A stretch of DNA of 64,000 bases from an uncultured Spirochaetota bacterium (GTDB lineage: Bacteria > Spirochaetota > Spirochaetia > SZUA-6 > Fen-1364). The DNA lies in contig CAVTHO010000008.1 in the NCBI GenBank assembly GCA_963734545.1, positions 544,001 to 608,000 on the forward strand, given 5' to 3'. Positions within the stretch are counted from its first letter, which is position 1. Each line of letters opens with the position of its first letter. Made by a program: the position numbers and the translations under genes. The notes below the pieces were generated by a model. The model did not search any database. It was not told the DNA's origin and worked only from the letters and a program-made list of their open reading frames with translations. Positions 21,313 through 30,408 of the stretch are shown here, piece by piece.

Positions 21313-22317
21313 ATGCTTTGCGGTTCTCTGCCCTCGCCCTTGCTGCCGCGTCCGGCCTGGCAGCGTGCCAAAGGCCAGCAGACGCCATCCAGGCCTCCGG
21401 CACAATCGAGGCCACGAGCGTGCAGGTGTCCGCCCGTTCAACAGGCCAGATCGTTCGACTCGTCGGTGAAGAAGGAATGAGCGTCAAACAGGGAGATCTG
21501 CTGGCAGAAGTGGATCACTCCACGCTCGACCTTCAGCTCTCACAGGCCAGGAGCGGGGTCGACCTGGCCCGGGCCCAGCTCAACCTCCTGGTCGAAGGGG
21601 CACGGGCAGAGGACCTGGTCCAGGCCCGTGAGCAGCTCAACCAGGCCAACGATGCGCTGAAAAGCGCCGCGGACGACTACGAAAGGATGAAGAGCCTGTT
21701 TGCAGGAGGCGCGGCCACCAAGAAGCAGAGAGACGACGCGGAGACCCGGTTCACCATGGCGAGAGCGCAGGCGAATGCCGCGGATCAGGCGCTCAAGAAG
21801 CTCGAAAACTTCGCCCGGCCGGAAGAGGTCAAGGCGGCCCTGGCCCGGCTGGATCAGGCAGCGTTCTCCGTCAAGCTGTTACAGAAGGCAATTGAAGACT
21901 GCACCGTCGAGGCGCCGGTGGAAGGGGTGATCACGGAAAAGCTCATCGAAAAAGGGGAGCTTGCAGCGCCGAACAGCGGGCTTTATGTCATCACCGACCT
22001 CGCCCGCGTGAAGCTCACGATTTATGTGCCCGAGCCGGACCTGGGGCGCATCCAGCTGGGGCAGGAGGCTCGCGTCTCGGTGGACTCGCATCCCGGGCAC
22101 GACCTTCCCCGGCACGGTGACCTGGATTTCCCCCGTGGCCGAGTTCACCCCCCGGGACATCCAGACCAGGGACGAGCGGGTCAAGCTGGTCTTCGCGGTG
22201 AAGATTGAGATCGCGAATTCCGACTTCATATTCAAGCCCGGGATGCCGGCAGACGCGAAGATCCCCCTGACCCGCCCAGATGCCACGGAGGACCGTGGCG
22301 GGAGCACGGCGCGGTGA
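21309..22317 (+). CDS. HlyD/YbhG-type membrane fusion protein, +1 frameshift near 22095
   Basis: Lipoprotein-like N-terminus, ASGTIEAT, coiled coil; C-terminal AEFTPRDIQT..ERVKLVF..KPGMPAD lies in the next frame. Confidence 0.88.
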
Positions 22318-23252
22318 GTGAGAGCGCAATCGAGATCTCCGGCCTCTCGAAGAGCTACGGAAAAGTGGAGGCAGTGCGGGATCTCCACCTGACCGTGGCG
22401 CGCAATGAGATGTTCGCCCTGGTCGGACCGGACGGCGCGGGCAAGACCACGACCCTCCGTCTTCTCTGCGGCGTCCTTGCGCCGCAGGCGGGAACAGCGC
22501 GGATCCTCGGCCATGACCTGTCGAAGGAACTGGCATGGATCAAGGAGCACATCGGCTATCTCTCCCAGCGCTTCAGTCTCTACGGGGACCTTACCGTGGA
22601 CGAGAACGTCGAGTTCTTCGCGAGGATCCACGGGCTTCGGGACTTCGCGGCGCGCCGCGAGGAGCTCCTCGCCTTCACGAGGCTTCTCCCGTTCCGCTCC
22701 CGTCTGGCGGAACGCCTGTCCGGCGGAATGCGGCAGAAGCTCGCGCTCGCCTGCACGCTCGTGCACCGGCCCCAGATCATCCTGCTGGACGAGCCCACCA
22801 CGGGCGTGGATCCGGTCTCCCGGCGGGACTTCTGGATCATCCTTTCCGGGCTCCTCCAGGAGGGCATCACGATCGTGATGACCACACCGTACCTGGACGA
22901 GGCGGAGCGGGCGACCCGGGTGGGGCTCATGAACAGCGGCCGCCTCATGGCCGCGGAAAGCCCCGGCAGAATAAAGGAGATCATGAAGGGAACGGTGCTC
23001 GAGATCGTATGCCCGGATATCCGCCGCGCCAGCGTCCTCCTGAAAAATGCGCCCGGGCTGCGCGAAGTGCAGCTCTTCGGGGACCGGTTGAACGTGGTGA
23101 CGGATGACGCCCCCGGCGGGGAGCACGCGATCCGACAGGCGCTGGAGAGCGCGCACATCAGGATCCTCTCCCTCAGGGTCGTCCCGCCGACTCTCGAGAA
23201 CGCCTTCATCTCCCTGATCAGGAACGAAAGCGAGGCACGTCATGAGAGCTGA
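22314..23252 (+). CDS. ABC transporter ATP-binding protein
   Basis: GPDGAGKTT, LSGGMRQK, LDEPTTGVDP. Confidence 0.93.
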   Translation: MSESAIEISGLSKSYGKVEAVRDLHLTVARNEMFALVGPDGAGKTTTLRLLCGVLAPQAGTARILGHDLSKELAWIKEHIGYLSQRFSLYGDLTVDENVEFFARIHGLRDFAARREELLAFTRLLPFRSRLAERLSGGMRQKLALACTLVHRPQIILLDEPTTGVDPVSRRDFWIILSGLLQEGITIVMTTPYLDEAERATRVGLMNSGRLMAAESPGRIKEIMKGTVLEIVCPDIRRASVLLKNAPGLREVQLFGDRLNVVTDDAPGGEHAIRQALESAHIRILSLRVVPPTLENAFISLIRNESEARHES

Positions 23253-24582
23253 TCGGTGGGGGACGGTCTTCGCGGCCGCGGCCCTGGCAATCGGCCTTGG
23301 TGTCCTGCCGGCGCCCGGAGCCGCGGCTGATGAAGCCCGCGTGCTCGGCCTGGAAGAGTGTATCCAGCTCGGGCTTGCAGGAGACCCCGGCCTTCGCTCC
23401 GACGAGCTGGAGGCAAGGATCGGGGAGGCGCGGCTTCGCGAGATGAGGGGCCAGATGCTCCCATCCGTTGCCGTGCAGGGATCCTACGCGCGTCTTTCCG
23501 AAGTGGACGCCGGAGCGCTCGACACGCCGCTGGGGCCCATCGCCTTCCCGGCTCCCCTCGTCAACAGCACGAGCGTGCGATTGAGCGTGCAGCAGCCGCT
23601 CTTCACCGGGCAGCGCATCTCCAGCTCCATCCGGCAGGCCGAGGCGCTCCGCGATGCCGGCAGAGGTGACGTATCGAAGAGCCGTCTCGAGCTGCGCTAT
23701 GCCGTCACGGAAGCCTACTGGAACCTGGCAAAAGCGCGGGCCCAGGAGCAGGCGATGCGGGAGAGCGTGGCACAGCTCGACGCGCACCTGGCGGACGCGC
23801 GCAAGCTGCTCGACCAGGGAATGGTGACCCGCAACGATGTGCTCCAGGCGCAGATGCGACTGGAGGACGCGAAGATCGAGCTGGCCGGCGCGGAAAACCT
23901 GCGCCAGCTTTCCCGGGTCCGTCTTGCGCAGCTCATCGGGCTGCCGTGGAACACCGTGATCGAAGTCCGGGAGCCGCCGCTCGAACCGGCAGAGGCGCCG
24001 TCGGAGAAGCTGGAAGAAGCGATCGGCAGGGCCCTCGCCTCCCGGCCCGAGCTCCTGACCGCGCGCTCCCGGATATCCGCGCAGGAGGCATCCGTGGACC
24101 TGGCCCGATCCGCGCTCTTTCCCAGCGTGTACCTCACGGGTGACTACACGCTGGCAGACCCCCACCCGCGTGTTTTCCCGCAATCGGACAAGTTTGTCGG
24201 GACATGGTCTGTGGGAATCATGGCATCGATCGACATCGGCCGTTATCCGCAGGCCCTGGCGCAGGCGGAGCAGGCCCGGGACAGGCTTGCGCAGGCCCGG
24301 GAAAGCTCGCGGAAGATCGCGGATGCGGTCACGACGGACGTGATCCGCGCGTATCTGTCCCTGACCGAGTCCACGCAGCGTCTTGCCTCGCTCGGCGGCG
24401 AGCTGGGGCAGGCGGAAGAGAACGAGAGGGTCGCGGCAGAGCGTTTCCGCCAGGGAGTCATCCTCGCTTCGGAGAGTCTCGATGCGCAGGCGCTCCTCGT
24501 GCGCGCCCGGCTGCGGCAGAGCCAGGCCCTGTTCGACGTCCTCATCGACCGGGCAGCCCTGGAGAAGGCGGTCGCGCGTTGA
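23242..24582 (+). CDS. TolC-family outer membrane efflux protein
   Basis: Signal peptide; QQPLFTG, AYWNL and duplicated OEP halves. Confidence 0.88.
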   Translation: MRADRWGTVFAAAALAIGLGVLPAPGAAADEARVLGLEECIQLGLAGDPGLRSDELEARIGEARLREMRGQMLPSVAVQGSYARLSEVDAGALDTPLGPIAFPAPLVNSTSVRLSVQQPLFTGQRISSSIRQAEALRDAGRGDVSKSRLELRYAVTEAYWNLAKARAQEQAMRESVAQLDAHLADARKLLDQGMVTRNDVLQAQMRLEDAKIELAGAENLRQLSRVRLAQLIGLPWNTVIEVREPPLEPAEAPSEKLEEAIGRALASRPELLTARSRISAQEASVDLARSALFPSVYLTGDYTLADPHPRVFPQSDKFVGTWSVGIMASIDIGRYPQALAQAEQARDRLAQARESSRKIADAVTTDVIRAYLSLTESTQRLASLGGELGQAEENERVAAERFRQGVILASESLDAQALLVRARLRQSQALFDVLIDRAALEKAVAR

Positions 24583-25517
24583 GCGTCCCGGCCATCCACG
24601 CGCACGAGCTCACAAAGCGCTTCGGCTCCTTCCTTGCCGTGGATGCCGTCTCGTTCGAGGTCCCCACCGGCAGCATCTTCGGTCTCCTGGGGGCGAATGG
24701 CGCGGGCAAGTCCACCACGATCCGCATGCTCTGCGGCCTTCTCTCCTCCAGCTCCGGCACGGCCGAGGTGGCAGGGATCGACATCAACGACAATCCCGAG
24801 GGGGTGAAGCGAAGGATCGGGTACATGTCGCAGCGCTTCTCCCTCTATGACGACCTGACCGTGGAAGAGAACATCCGCTTCTTTGGAGGCGTCTACGGGC
24901 TTTCCAACGGGGAGCTCGCGGCCGGTGTACGGGAGACTGCCGGCCTTGCCGGCCTGGCGGGCAGGGAGAAGAGCCTCACACGCGAGCTTTCCGGTGGATG
25001 GAAGCAGCGCCTCGCGCTGGGCTGCGCCATTCTCCACCGGCCCGGCATCGTCTTCCTGGACGAGCCGACCGGCGGCACCGACCCTCTCTCCCGCAGGCTT
25101 TTCTGGGACATCATCAACGGGCTGGCGGAGCGGGGAACGACCGTGCTCGTGACGACTCACTACCTGGACGAGGCGGAATACTGCAACGAGCTCGTCCTGA
25201 TGCACGCGGGAAGAATCGTCGCGCGGGGGAGCCCGGGAGAGCTGAAGCGGGACGTCATCACCGGCGTCGTGTGCGAGCTCGAGTGCCCGCAGCCGGTCGA
25301 GGCCATGGCGGCCCTGAGGAACGTCCCTGCCGCGCGGGAGACCGCCATCTTCGGGACCCGGCTCCACGTGAACGTGGAGAGCGAGGCGGACGCGCCGGTC
25401 GTCGTGCGCGCGCTCGAGGTCGCCGGCATCCCGGTGCGGAGCTGCGTGCGGATCATTCCCTCCCTGGAAGACGTGTTCATCCGACTCATCAGTCAAAACC
25501 CGGAGGCGGGGCAATGA
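24579..25517 (+). CDS. ABC transporter ATP-binding protein
   Basis: TTG start overlapping the TolC stop; GANGAGKST, LSGGWKQR, LDEPT. Confidence 0.92.
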   Translation: MSVPAIHAHELTKRFGSFLAVDAVSFEVPTGSIFGLLGANGAGKSTTIRMLCGLLSSSSGTAEVAGIDINDNPEGVKRRIGYMSQRFSLYDDLTVEENIRFFGGVYGLSNGELAAGVRETAGLAGLAGREKSLTRELSGGWKQRLALGCAILHRPGIVFLDEPTGGTDPLSRRLFWDIINGLAERGTTVLVTTHYLDEAEYCNELVLMHAGRIVARGSPGELKRDVITGVVCELECPQPVEAMAALRNVPAARETAIFGTRLHVNVESEADAPVVVRALEVAGIPVRSCVRIIPSLEDVFIRLISQNPEAGQ

Positions 25518-26647
25518 GCGGGGGCCGGATCGCCACGATTGCATTCAAGGAGCTTCGCCAGATATCGCGGGACCCCGCCACCCTGGGCACGCTCCTCCTC
25601 CTGCCGCTCTTCCTCCTGGTCATGTTCGGCTATGCAATCAGCCTCGATATCACGCACATTCCCCTCGCCGTTCTGGACCGGGATCGGACGGAAACGAGCA
25701 GGGCGTTCATCGATTCCTTCCTTCATTCCGAGTTTTTCGATCTGAAGTCGGTGATGCGGAACGAAAATGAGATCGACGGCCTCCTGGACGAGGGAAAGGC
25801 GCTCGTGGCGCTCGTGATCCCCCGCGGATTCGGCGCCGATGTTCTGCGGGGGCGAAGGACGGAGATGCAGGCCATCGTGGACGGCTCCAACGGGAACACG
25901 GCGGCAACCGCCATGGGCTACGTGCAGGCAGTGACCGCCGACTGGTCCCAGCGGGCATTCGTGCGCTCCCTCCAGCGCGCGGGAATCACAGGCATGAGAT
26001 CAACGGTCGACTTCCGGCCGCGCGTGCTCTTCAACCCCGAGCTGCGAAGCGCGAACTTCCTCGTACCGGGCCTGATCGTGCTGATCCTCATCATGACGGC
26101 CGTCATGTCCACCGCGATTTCCATTGTGCGGGAGAAGGAACGCGGCACCATGGAGCAGCTCACCGTTTCCCCCGTGCAACCATTCGAGCTGATCGTCGGG
26201 AAGACCGTGCCGTATCTGCTCATCGGCCTTATCGCCGCGGGAGCCATCCTCGCGGCCAGCCGGCTGCTCTTCGGCGTCACCGTGAAGGGGAGCTTGCTCG
26301 ACCTCGGCCTGGTGACCCTGATTTTTCTGATCGGGTGCCTGGCACTCGGGGTGCTCATCTCGACCCTGTCGGACAGCCAGCAGGTGGCTTTCCTTGTCTC
26401 CGTCCTGCTCACGCTCCTTCCGACATTCATCCTTTCCGGCTTCGTCTTTCCCTTCCGCAACATGCCGGGAATCATCCAGGCGATAAGCTACATCCTCCCC
26501 GGCCGTTACTACCTCTCGGCCCTTCGGAGCATCATGCTGAAGGGCGCGGGGTTCTGGGCCTGCAGGGACCAGGCAGGCGCGCTGCTCCTCTTTGCCGCGG
26601 TCATGGCCGGAGGCAGCGTTCTCCGGCTCAGGAGGCAGCGGAAATGA
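25514..26647 (+). CDS. ABC-2 permease (YbhS-like)
   Basis: KELRQISRD, VREKERGTMEQL, LSGFVFP. Confidence 0.92.
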   Translation: MSGGRIATIAFKELRQISRDPATLGTLLLLPLFLLVMFGYAISLDITHIPLAVLDRDRTETSRAFIDSFLHSEFFDLKSVMRNENEIDGLLDEGKALVALVIPRGFGADVLRGRRTEMQAIVDGSNGNTAATAMGYVQAVTADWSQRAFVRSLQRAGITGMRSTVDFRPRVLFNPELRSANFLVPGLIVLILIMTAVMSTAISIVREKERGTMEQLTVSPVQPFELIVGKTVPYLLIGLIAAGAILAASRLLFGVTVKGSLLDLGLVTLIFLIGCLALGVLISTLSDSQQVAFLVSVLLTLLPTFILSGFVFPFRNMPGIIQAISYILPGRYYLSALRSIMLKGAGFWACRDQAGALLLFAAVMAGGSVLRLRRQRK

Positions 26648-27783
26648 GGACGATACTCTTCATCATCAGGAAGGAGTTTCACCAGATCTTTCGGGACAAG
26701 CGCCTGCTCCCGCTGATTTTCCTTTCACCCGTCGTGCAGATCCTGCTGCTGGGGTACGCCGCGAACATGGACGTGAAAGACATCCGGATGGCGGTCTGCG
26801 ACCAGGACAAAAGCGCGCAGAGCAGGGAGCTGATTGCGGGATTTCTCACCTCTGGCAGCTTTATCGTCAGCGCATATTCCCCCGACGCGCGCGCGGCAGA
26901 GCGAAGCATTGAACAGGGCACATCATCCCTCGCGCTGATCATACCGCCGGGGTTCGGGCGCATGCTGGAATCCTCACGGACGGCGCCTCTCCAGCTTCTC
27001 GCGGACGGCTCGGAGTCCCAATCCGCCGCCATCGGCCTTACCTACGCCACCCTTGTCGTCAGCGCGACCCAGGCACAGAGGGCGTCTGCGCGTCTTGCAG
27101 CGCTTGACCCCCGGCTTCTGCAAGCGGTCCGCAGGGTGCAGGTGGATCCGGCCATCCGCGTCCTCTACAACCCGACCCTTGCGAGCAGGAATTTCATGGT
27201 CCCTGGGGTTTTCGGACTGATCCTCATGATCATGACGACCGTGCTCACCTCGCTTTCCATCGTGAAGGAAAAGGAGCTGGGCACTCTCGAGCAGCTCATC
27301 GTCACGCCCATTACTCCCGGCCAGCTCATCATCGGGAAGCTGGCGCCATTCGTTCTGATCAGCGTCGTGATCATCACGCTTGTGCTCTTCAGCAGTCTCC
27401 TGCTGTTCGGTCTTGCCGCCCGGGGGAGCCTCCTGGTCCTGTACCTGCTGTCTCTCCTCTTCATGCTGACATCACTGGGCCTGGGCCTTTTTGTATCCAC
27501 GGTGGCGCGAAATCAACAGCAGGCAATGATGATCTCCATGTTTTTCATAATCATTCCGATGGTGATCCTTTCGGGCTTTGCCTTCCCGATAGAGAACATG
27601 CCGCCGGTCATCCAGGCGGTCACGTACCTGTTCCCCCTCCGCTACTATTTCGTCATCATCCGGGGACTCTTCCTGAAAGGGGTGAGCCTGGGGGAGCTGT
27701 GGAGGGAGGCGGGCGCCCTCCTGGCCATCGGGACCGTGGTCATCGTCGCGAGCGTGCTGCGCTTCCGCAAGAGACTGGAGTAG
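26644..27783 (+). CDS. ABC-2 permease (YbhR-like)
   Basis: KEFHQIFRD, KEKELGTLEQL, LSGFAFPIENMP. Confidence 0.92.
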   Translation: MRTILFIIRKEFHQIFRDKRLLPLIFLSPVVQILLLGYAANMDVKDIRMAVCDQDKSAQSRELIAGFLTSGSFIVSAYSPDARAAERSIEQGTSSLALIIPPGFGRMLESSRTAPLQLLADGSESQSAAIGLTYATLVVSATQAQRASARLAALDPRLLQAVRRVQVDPAIRVLYNPTLASRNFMVPGVFGLILMIMTTVLTSLSIVKEKELGTLEQLIVTPITPGQLIIGKLAPFVLISVVIITLVLFSSLLLFGLAARGSLLVLYLLSLLFMLTSLGLGLFVSTVARNQQQAMMISMFFIIIPMVILSGFAFPIENMPPVIQAVTYLFPLRYYFVIIRGLFLKGVSLGELWREAGALLAIGTVVIVASVLRFRKRLE

Positions 27784-27808
27784 GTCAGCATGCCGCAGGA
27801 GGCAATCC

Positions 27809-28966
27809 GTGAGGAAATTCCCTTTTCCTTTTCTTTTTGCCATGGCAGCCTTCTTTGGGTATGGCCTATGGGCACAGTCTCCCGAGCCGCCGATACTCGA
27901 TGATCCTCAGATTGACGCAAAAAGAGTGGCAATTCTGACGTACATCACCAACCTGTCAAAGGGTCCCTTTGTCGGCGCAATCAGCGGACAGAATGCCTTT
28001 CACGGCACTCAAATACTGGACACCGCATATGAACAGGGGTACAGGAAGCTCATCGAAGATCTGCACACGCAGACTGGAAAATGGGTGGGGATTCTGGGAG
28101 TTGACTATGAGTTCGCGCAGATATTCACCCCGGAAGAGCTTTCCCGGACAAATGCCGTTCTGATCGACTATGCCCACAAAGGCGGGCTTGTCACCATCAA
28201 CCTCACTCCGCAGAACCCATGGCTCAATGACGAGTCAGACCTGGTTCATAATCCGGGGACCTGGAACGGTCCTTCCGGCACGCAGAGCCCCGCAGGGTTG
28301 AAGGCGGTGACGAGCCTCAGGGACCTGCTCGACCCGGCAAAGCCGGTCCACGCTGCCTGGATGAGAAAACTGGACAGAGTCGCGGCAGCTCTGCAGGAAC
28401 TGAAGGCTGCGGGCGTCATCGTCCTGTGGCGGCCCATGCAGGAAATGAACGGAAGCTGGTTCTGGTGGGGAATGAAGTCCCACCCGAATGATCCTTCACC
28501 ATATGTAGACGTGTACCGGCATATGCATGACTACTTTACCAAGACCAAACATTTGAACAACCTGATCTGGGTCTATTCCCCCAATGCATCCTTGGGAGCA
28601 AACAACGCATCAGACTGGAACAGGACTGTCGACTGGGCCTACCCAGGCAGCTCCTTTGTGGACATCATCGCCGGGACCGCCTACGACGACTCCCTTACTA
28701 TCAGCGACTATCAGAAGTACGTCTCCATGGGGAAACCACTCGGGATCGCAGAGTACGGGCCCAAGACAGATGGACCGCTCGCCAAGAGCGGAACCCTCGA
28801 CACCACGAAAATCATCGCCAGAATCAAGAAGGATTATCCTCGCATTGCATATTGGGTCAGTTGGCACAGCTATCCGCAGGAGTGCTGGTCCATCATTTCC
28901 AATTTGAACTATGTCCAGCTGATGAATGATCCTGCTGTCATTACCCGGGATGATTTTCCCTGGTGA
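27809..28966 (+). CDS. Secreted GH26 glycoside hydrolase (beta-mannanase family)
   Basis: Signal peptide; WRPMQEMNGSWFWWG, NNLIWVYSP, YPG...VDI, IAEYG. Confidence 0.85.
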   Translation: MRKFPFPFLFAMAAFFGYGLWAQSPEPPILDDPQIDAKRVAILTYITNLSKGPFVGAISGQNAFHGTQILDTAYEQGYRKLIEDLHTQTGKWVGILGVDYEFAQIFTPEELSRTNAVLIDYAHKGGLVTINLTPQNPWLNDESDLVHNPGTWNGPSGTQSPAGLKAVTSLRDLLDPAKPVHAAWMRKLDRVAAALQELKAAGVIVLWRPMQEMNGSWFWWGMKSHPNDPSPYVDVYRHMHDYFTKTKHLNNLIWVYSPNASLGANNASDWNRTVDWAYPGSSFVDIIAGTAYDDSLTISDYQKYVSMGKPLGIAEYGPKTDGPLAKSGTLDTTKIIARIKKDYPRIAYWVSWHSYPQECWSIISNLNYVQLMNDPAVITRDDFPW

Positions 28967-29024
28967 AAACCGGTGTCGTGCCGCGCGTCTTTTCGCGGGG
29001 GCTCGTCGTCAGTATCTTTCCTCC

Positions 29025-29717
29025 ATGATTCTGCGTATCGGGACCAGCGGCTACAGTTACAAGGAATGGAAAGGCGTCTTCTATCCTGAAAACATCAAGC
29101 CGGCGGACATGCTCTCTTTCTATGCCCAGAGGCTTGGAACGGTAGAGATTAACAACACTTTCTACCACATGCCGACGCCAAAGGTGCTCGAGGGATGGGC
29201 CTCCCAGGTGCCGGAGACTTTCCGGTTCGTCCTGAAGACCTCGCAGAAGATCACTCACTACAAGCGCCTCAAGGGCGTGGAAGACGAGGCCGAGTACGTG
29301 GTGCGGATGTCACGCATTCTGGGGGCACGGCTCGGCGCGCTCCTGGTCCAGATTCCGCCCAACCTGGCCCGGGATGATGATCGTCTGGCGGCATTCCTCC
29401 CCCTGGTATCCGGAGCTCGGGTGGCGTTCGAGGTCCGCCATCCTTCCTGGCTCGAGCCCGAGGTGTTCGCTCTCCTGGGAAAACACAAGGTCGCGCTGGT
29501 CGCCAGCCAGACGGATGAAGAACCCGAACCGCGGCTCGTCCGCACCGCGCCGTGGGGCTACCTGCGCCTTCGAAAAACATCCTACACGCCCGCGGAGCTT
29601 GGCGCGTGGTCGAAGAGGATAACCGAACAGGCCTGGGACGAAGCGTTCGTGTTTTTCAAGCACGAACAGATCGGCCCGGACCTGGCCCGGCAGCTGACTG
29701 CGGCAGCGCCTTCATGA
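29025..29717 (+). CDS. DUF72 (YecE) family protein
   Basis: IGTSGYSY.EW.G.FYP, TVEINNTFY, FEVRHPSW. Confidence 0.92.
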   Translation: MILRIGTSGYSYKEWKGVFYPENIKPADMLSFYAQRLGTVEINNTFYHMPTPKVLEGWASQVPETFRFVLKTSQKITHYKRLKGVEDEAEYVVRMSRILGARLGALLVQIPPNLARDDDRLAAFLPLVSGARVAFEVRHPSWLEPEVFALLGKHKVALVASQTDEEPEPRLVRTAPWGYLRLRKTSYTPAELGAWSKRITEQAWDEAFVFFKHEQIGPDLARQLTAAAPS

Positions 29718-29718
29718 A

Positions 29719-30387
29719 TCAGGCGGCGGACTTCCGCCTCATGTACCTGATGGGAAAATACATGAAGTTCAGCAGGGTCCCCATGAGAACGGTAAACCCG
29801 AATACCCGGTAGGTGTTTCCCTTGTCCGTGAAACGATCGAATATGTCGTGCATCAGCTCCGCCGGATTTCCCAGAAGGTCCCAGCTGTTCCATCTCCAGA
29901 ATCTGCCGATGTAGATGCCGAAAGCAGCCACGTAGATCATGCAGAGGGAGAGGAGCGAGATCGTCTTCGCGCGCGCGCGAAATCTCTCCTTCAGGAAGTA
30001 CTCGATGTCCATGAGGCTGATGAAGCCATAGCAGAGACCCGCCCAGGCGAACGAGAGCACGATGATGAGGTCGAGCCACAGGGGGGCGCTCTCGATCTGC
30101 CGCAGGTGAATGAGATCGGTCAGAATGTAGAGGCAGTTGGGAAAGAACAGGAGCCACACTGCCATGATGACGAGAATGGCGACTCTGCTCGTCACGTTCC
30201 GGAGTATGGCCAGACTCGTCAGCAGCCAGGGGAGGAAAGCCAGAAAGAGATTCCAGTTCAGGAAAAGGTAGCCGTATGTGCCCGTGTAGAGGAACCTGAA
30301 CGCAGAGAGCATGACGCAATAGGTGGAGACGGCGAACAGGAATACGGTCAATCTGAGCCGGCCCCTCTCTCTCAGTCTGTCGAGCAT
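29719..30387 (-). CDS. DUF1361 membrane protein
   Basis: WNLFLAFLP, FFPNCLYILTDLIHL, GIYIGRFWRWNSWD. Confidence 0.9.
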   Translation of the reverse strand: MLDRLRERGRLRLTVFLFAVSTYCVMLSAFRFLYTGTYGYLFLNWNLFLAFLPWLLTSLAILRNVTSRVAILVIMAVWLLFFPNCLYILTDLIHLRQIESAPLWLDLIIVLSFAWAGLCYGFISLMDIEYFLKERFRARAKTISLLSLCMIYVAAFGIYIGRFWRWNSWDLLGNPAELMHDIFDRFTDKGNTYRVFGFTVLMGTLLNFMYFPIRYMRRKSAA

Positions 30388-30408
30388 GTTCCTCTCCTTG
30401 CGCCTCGG

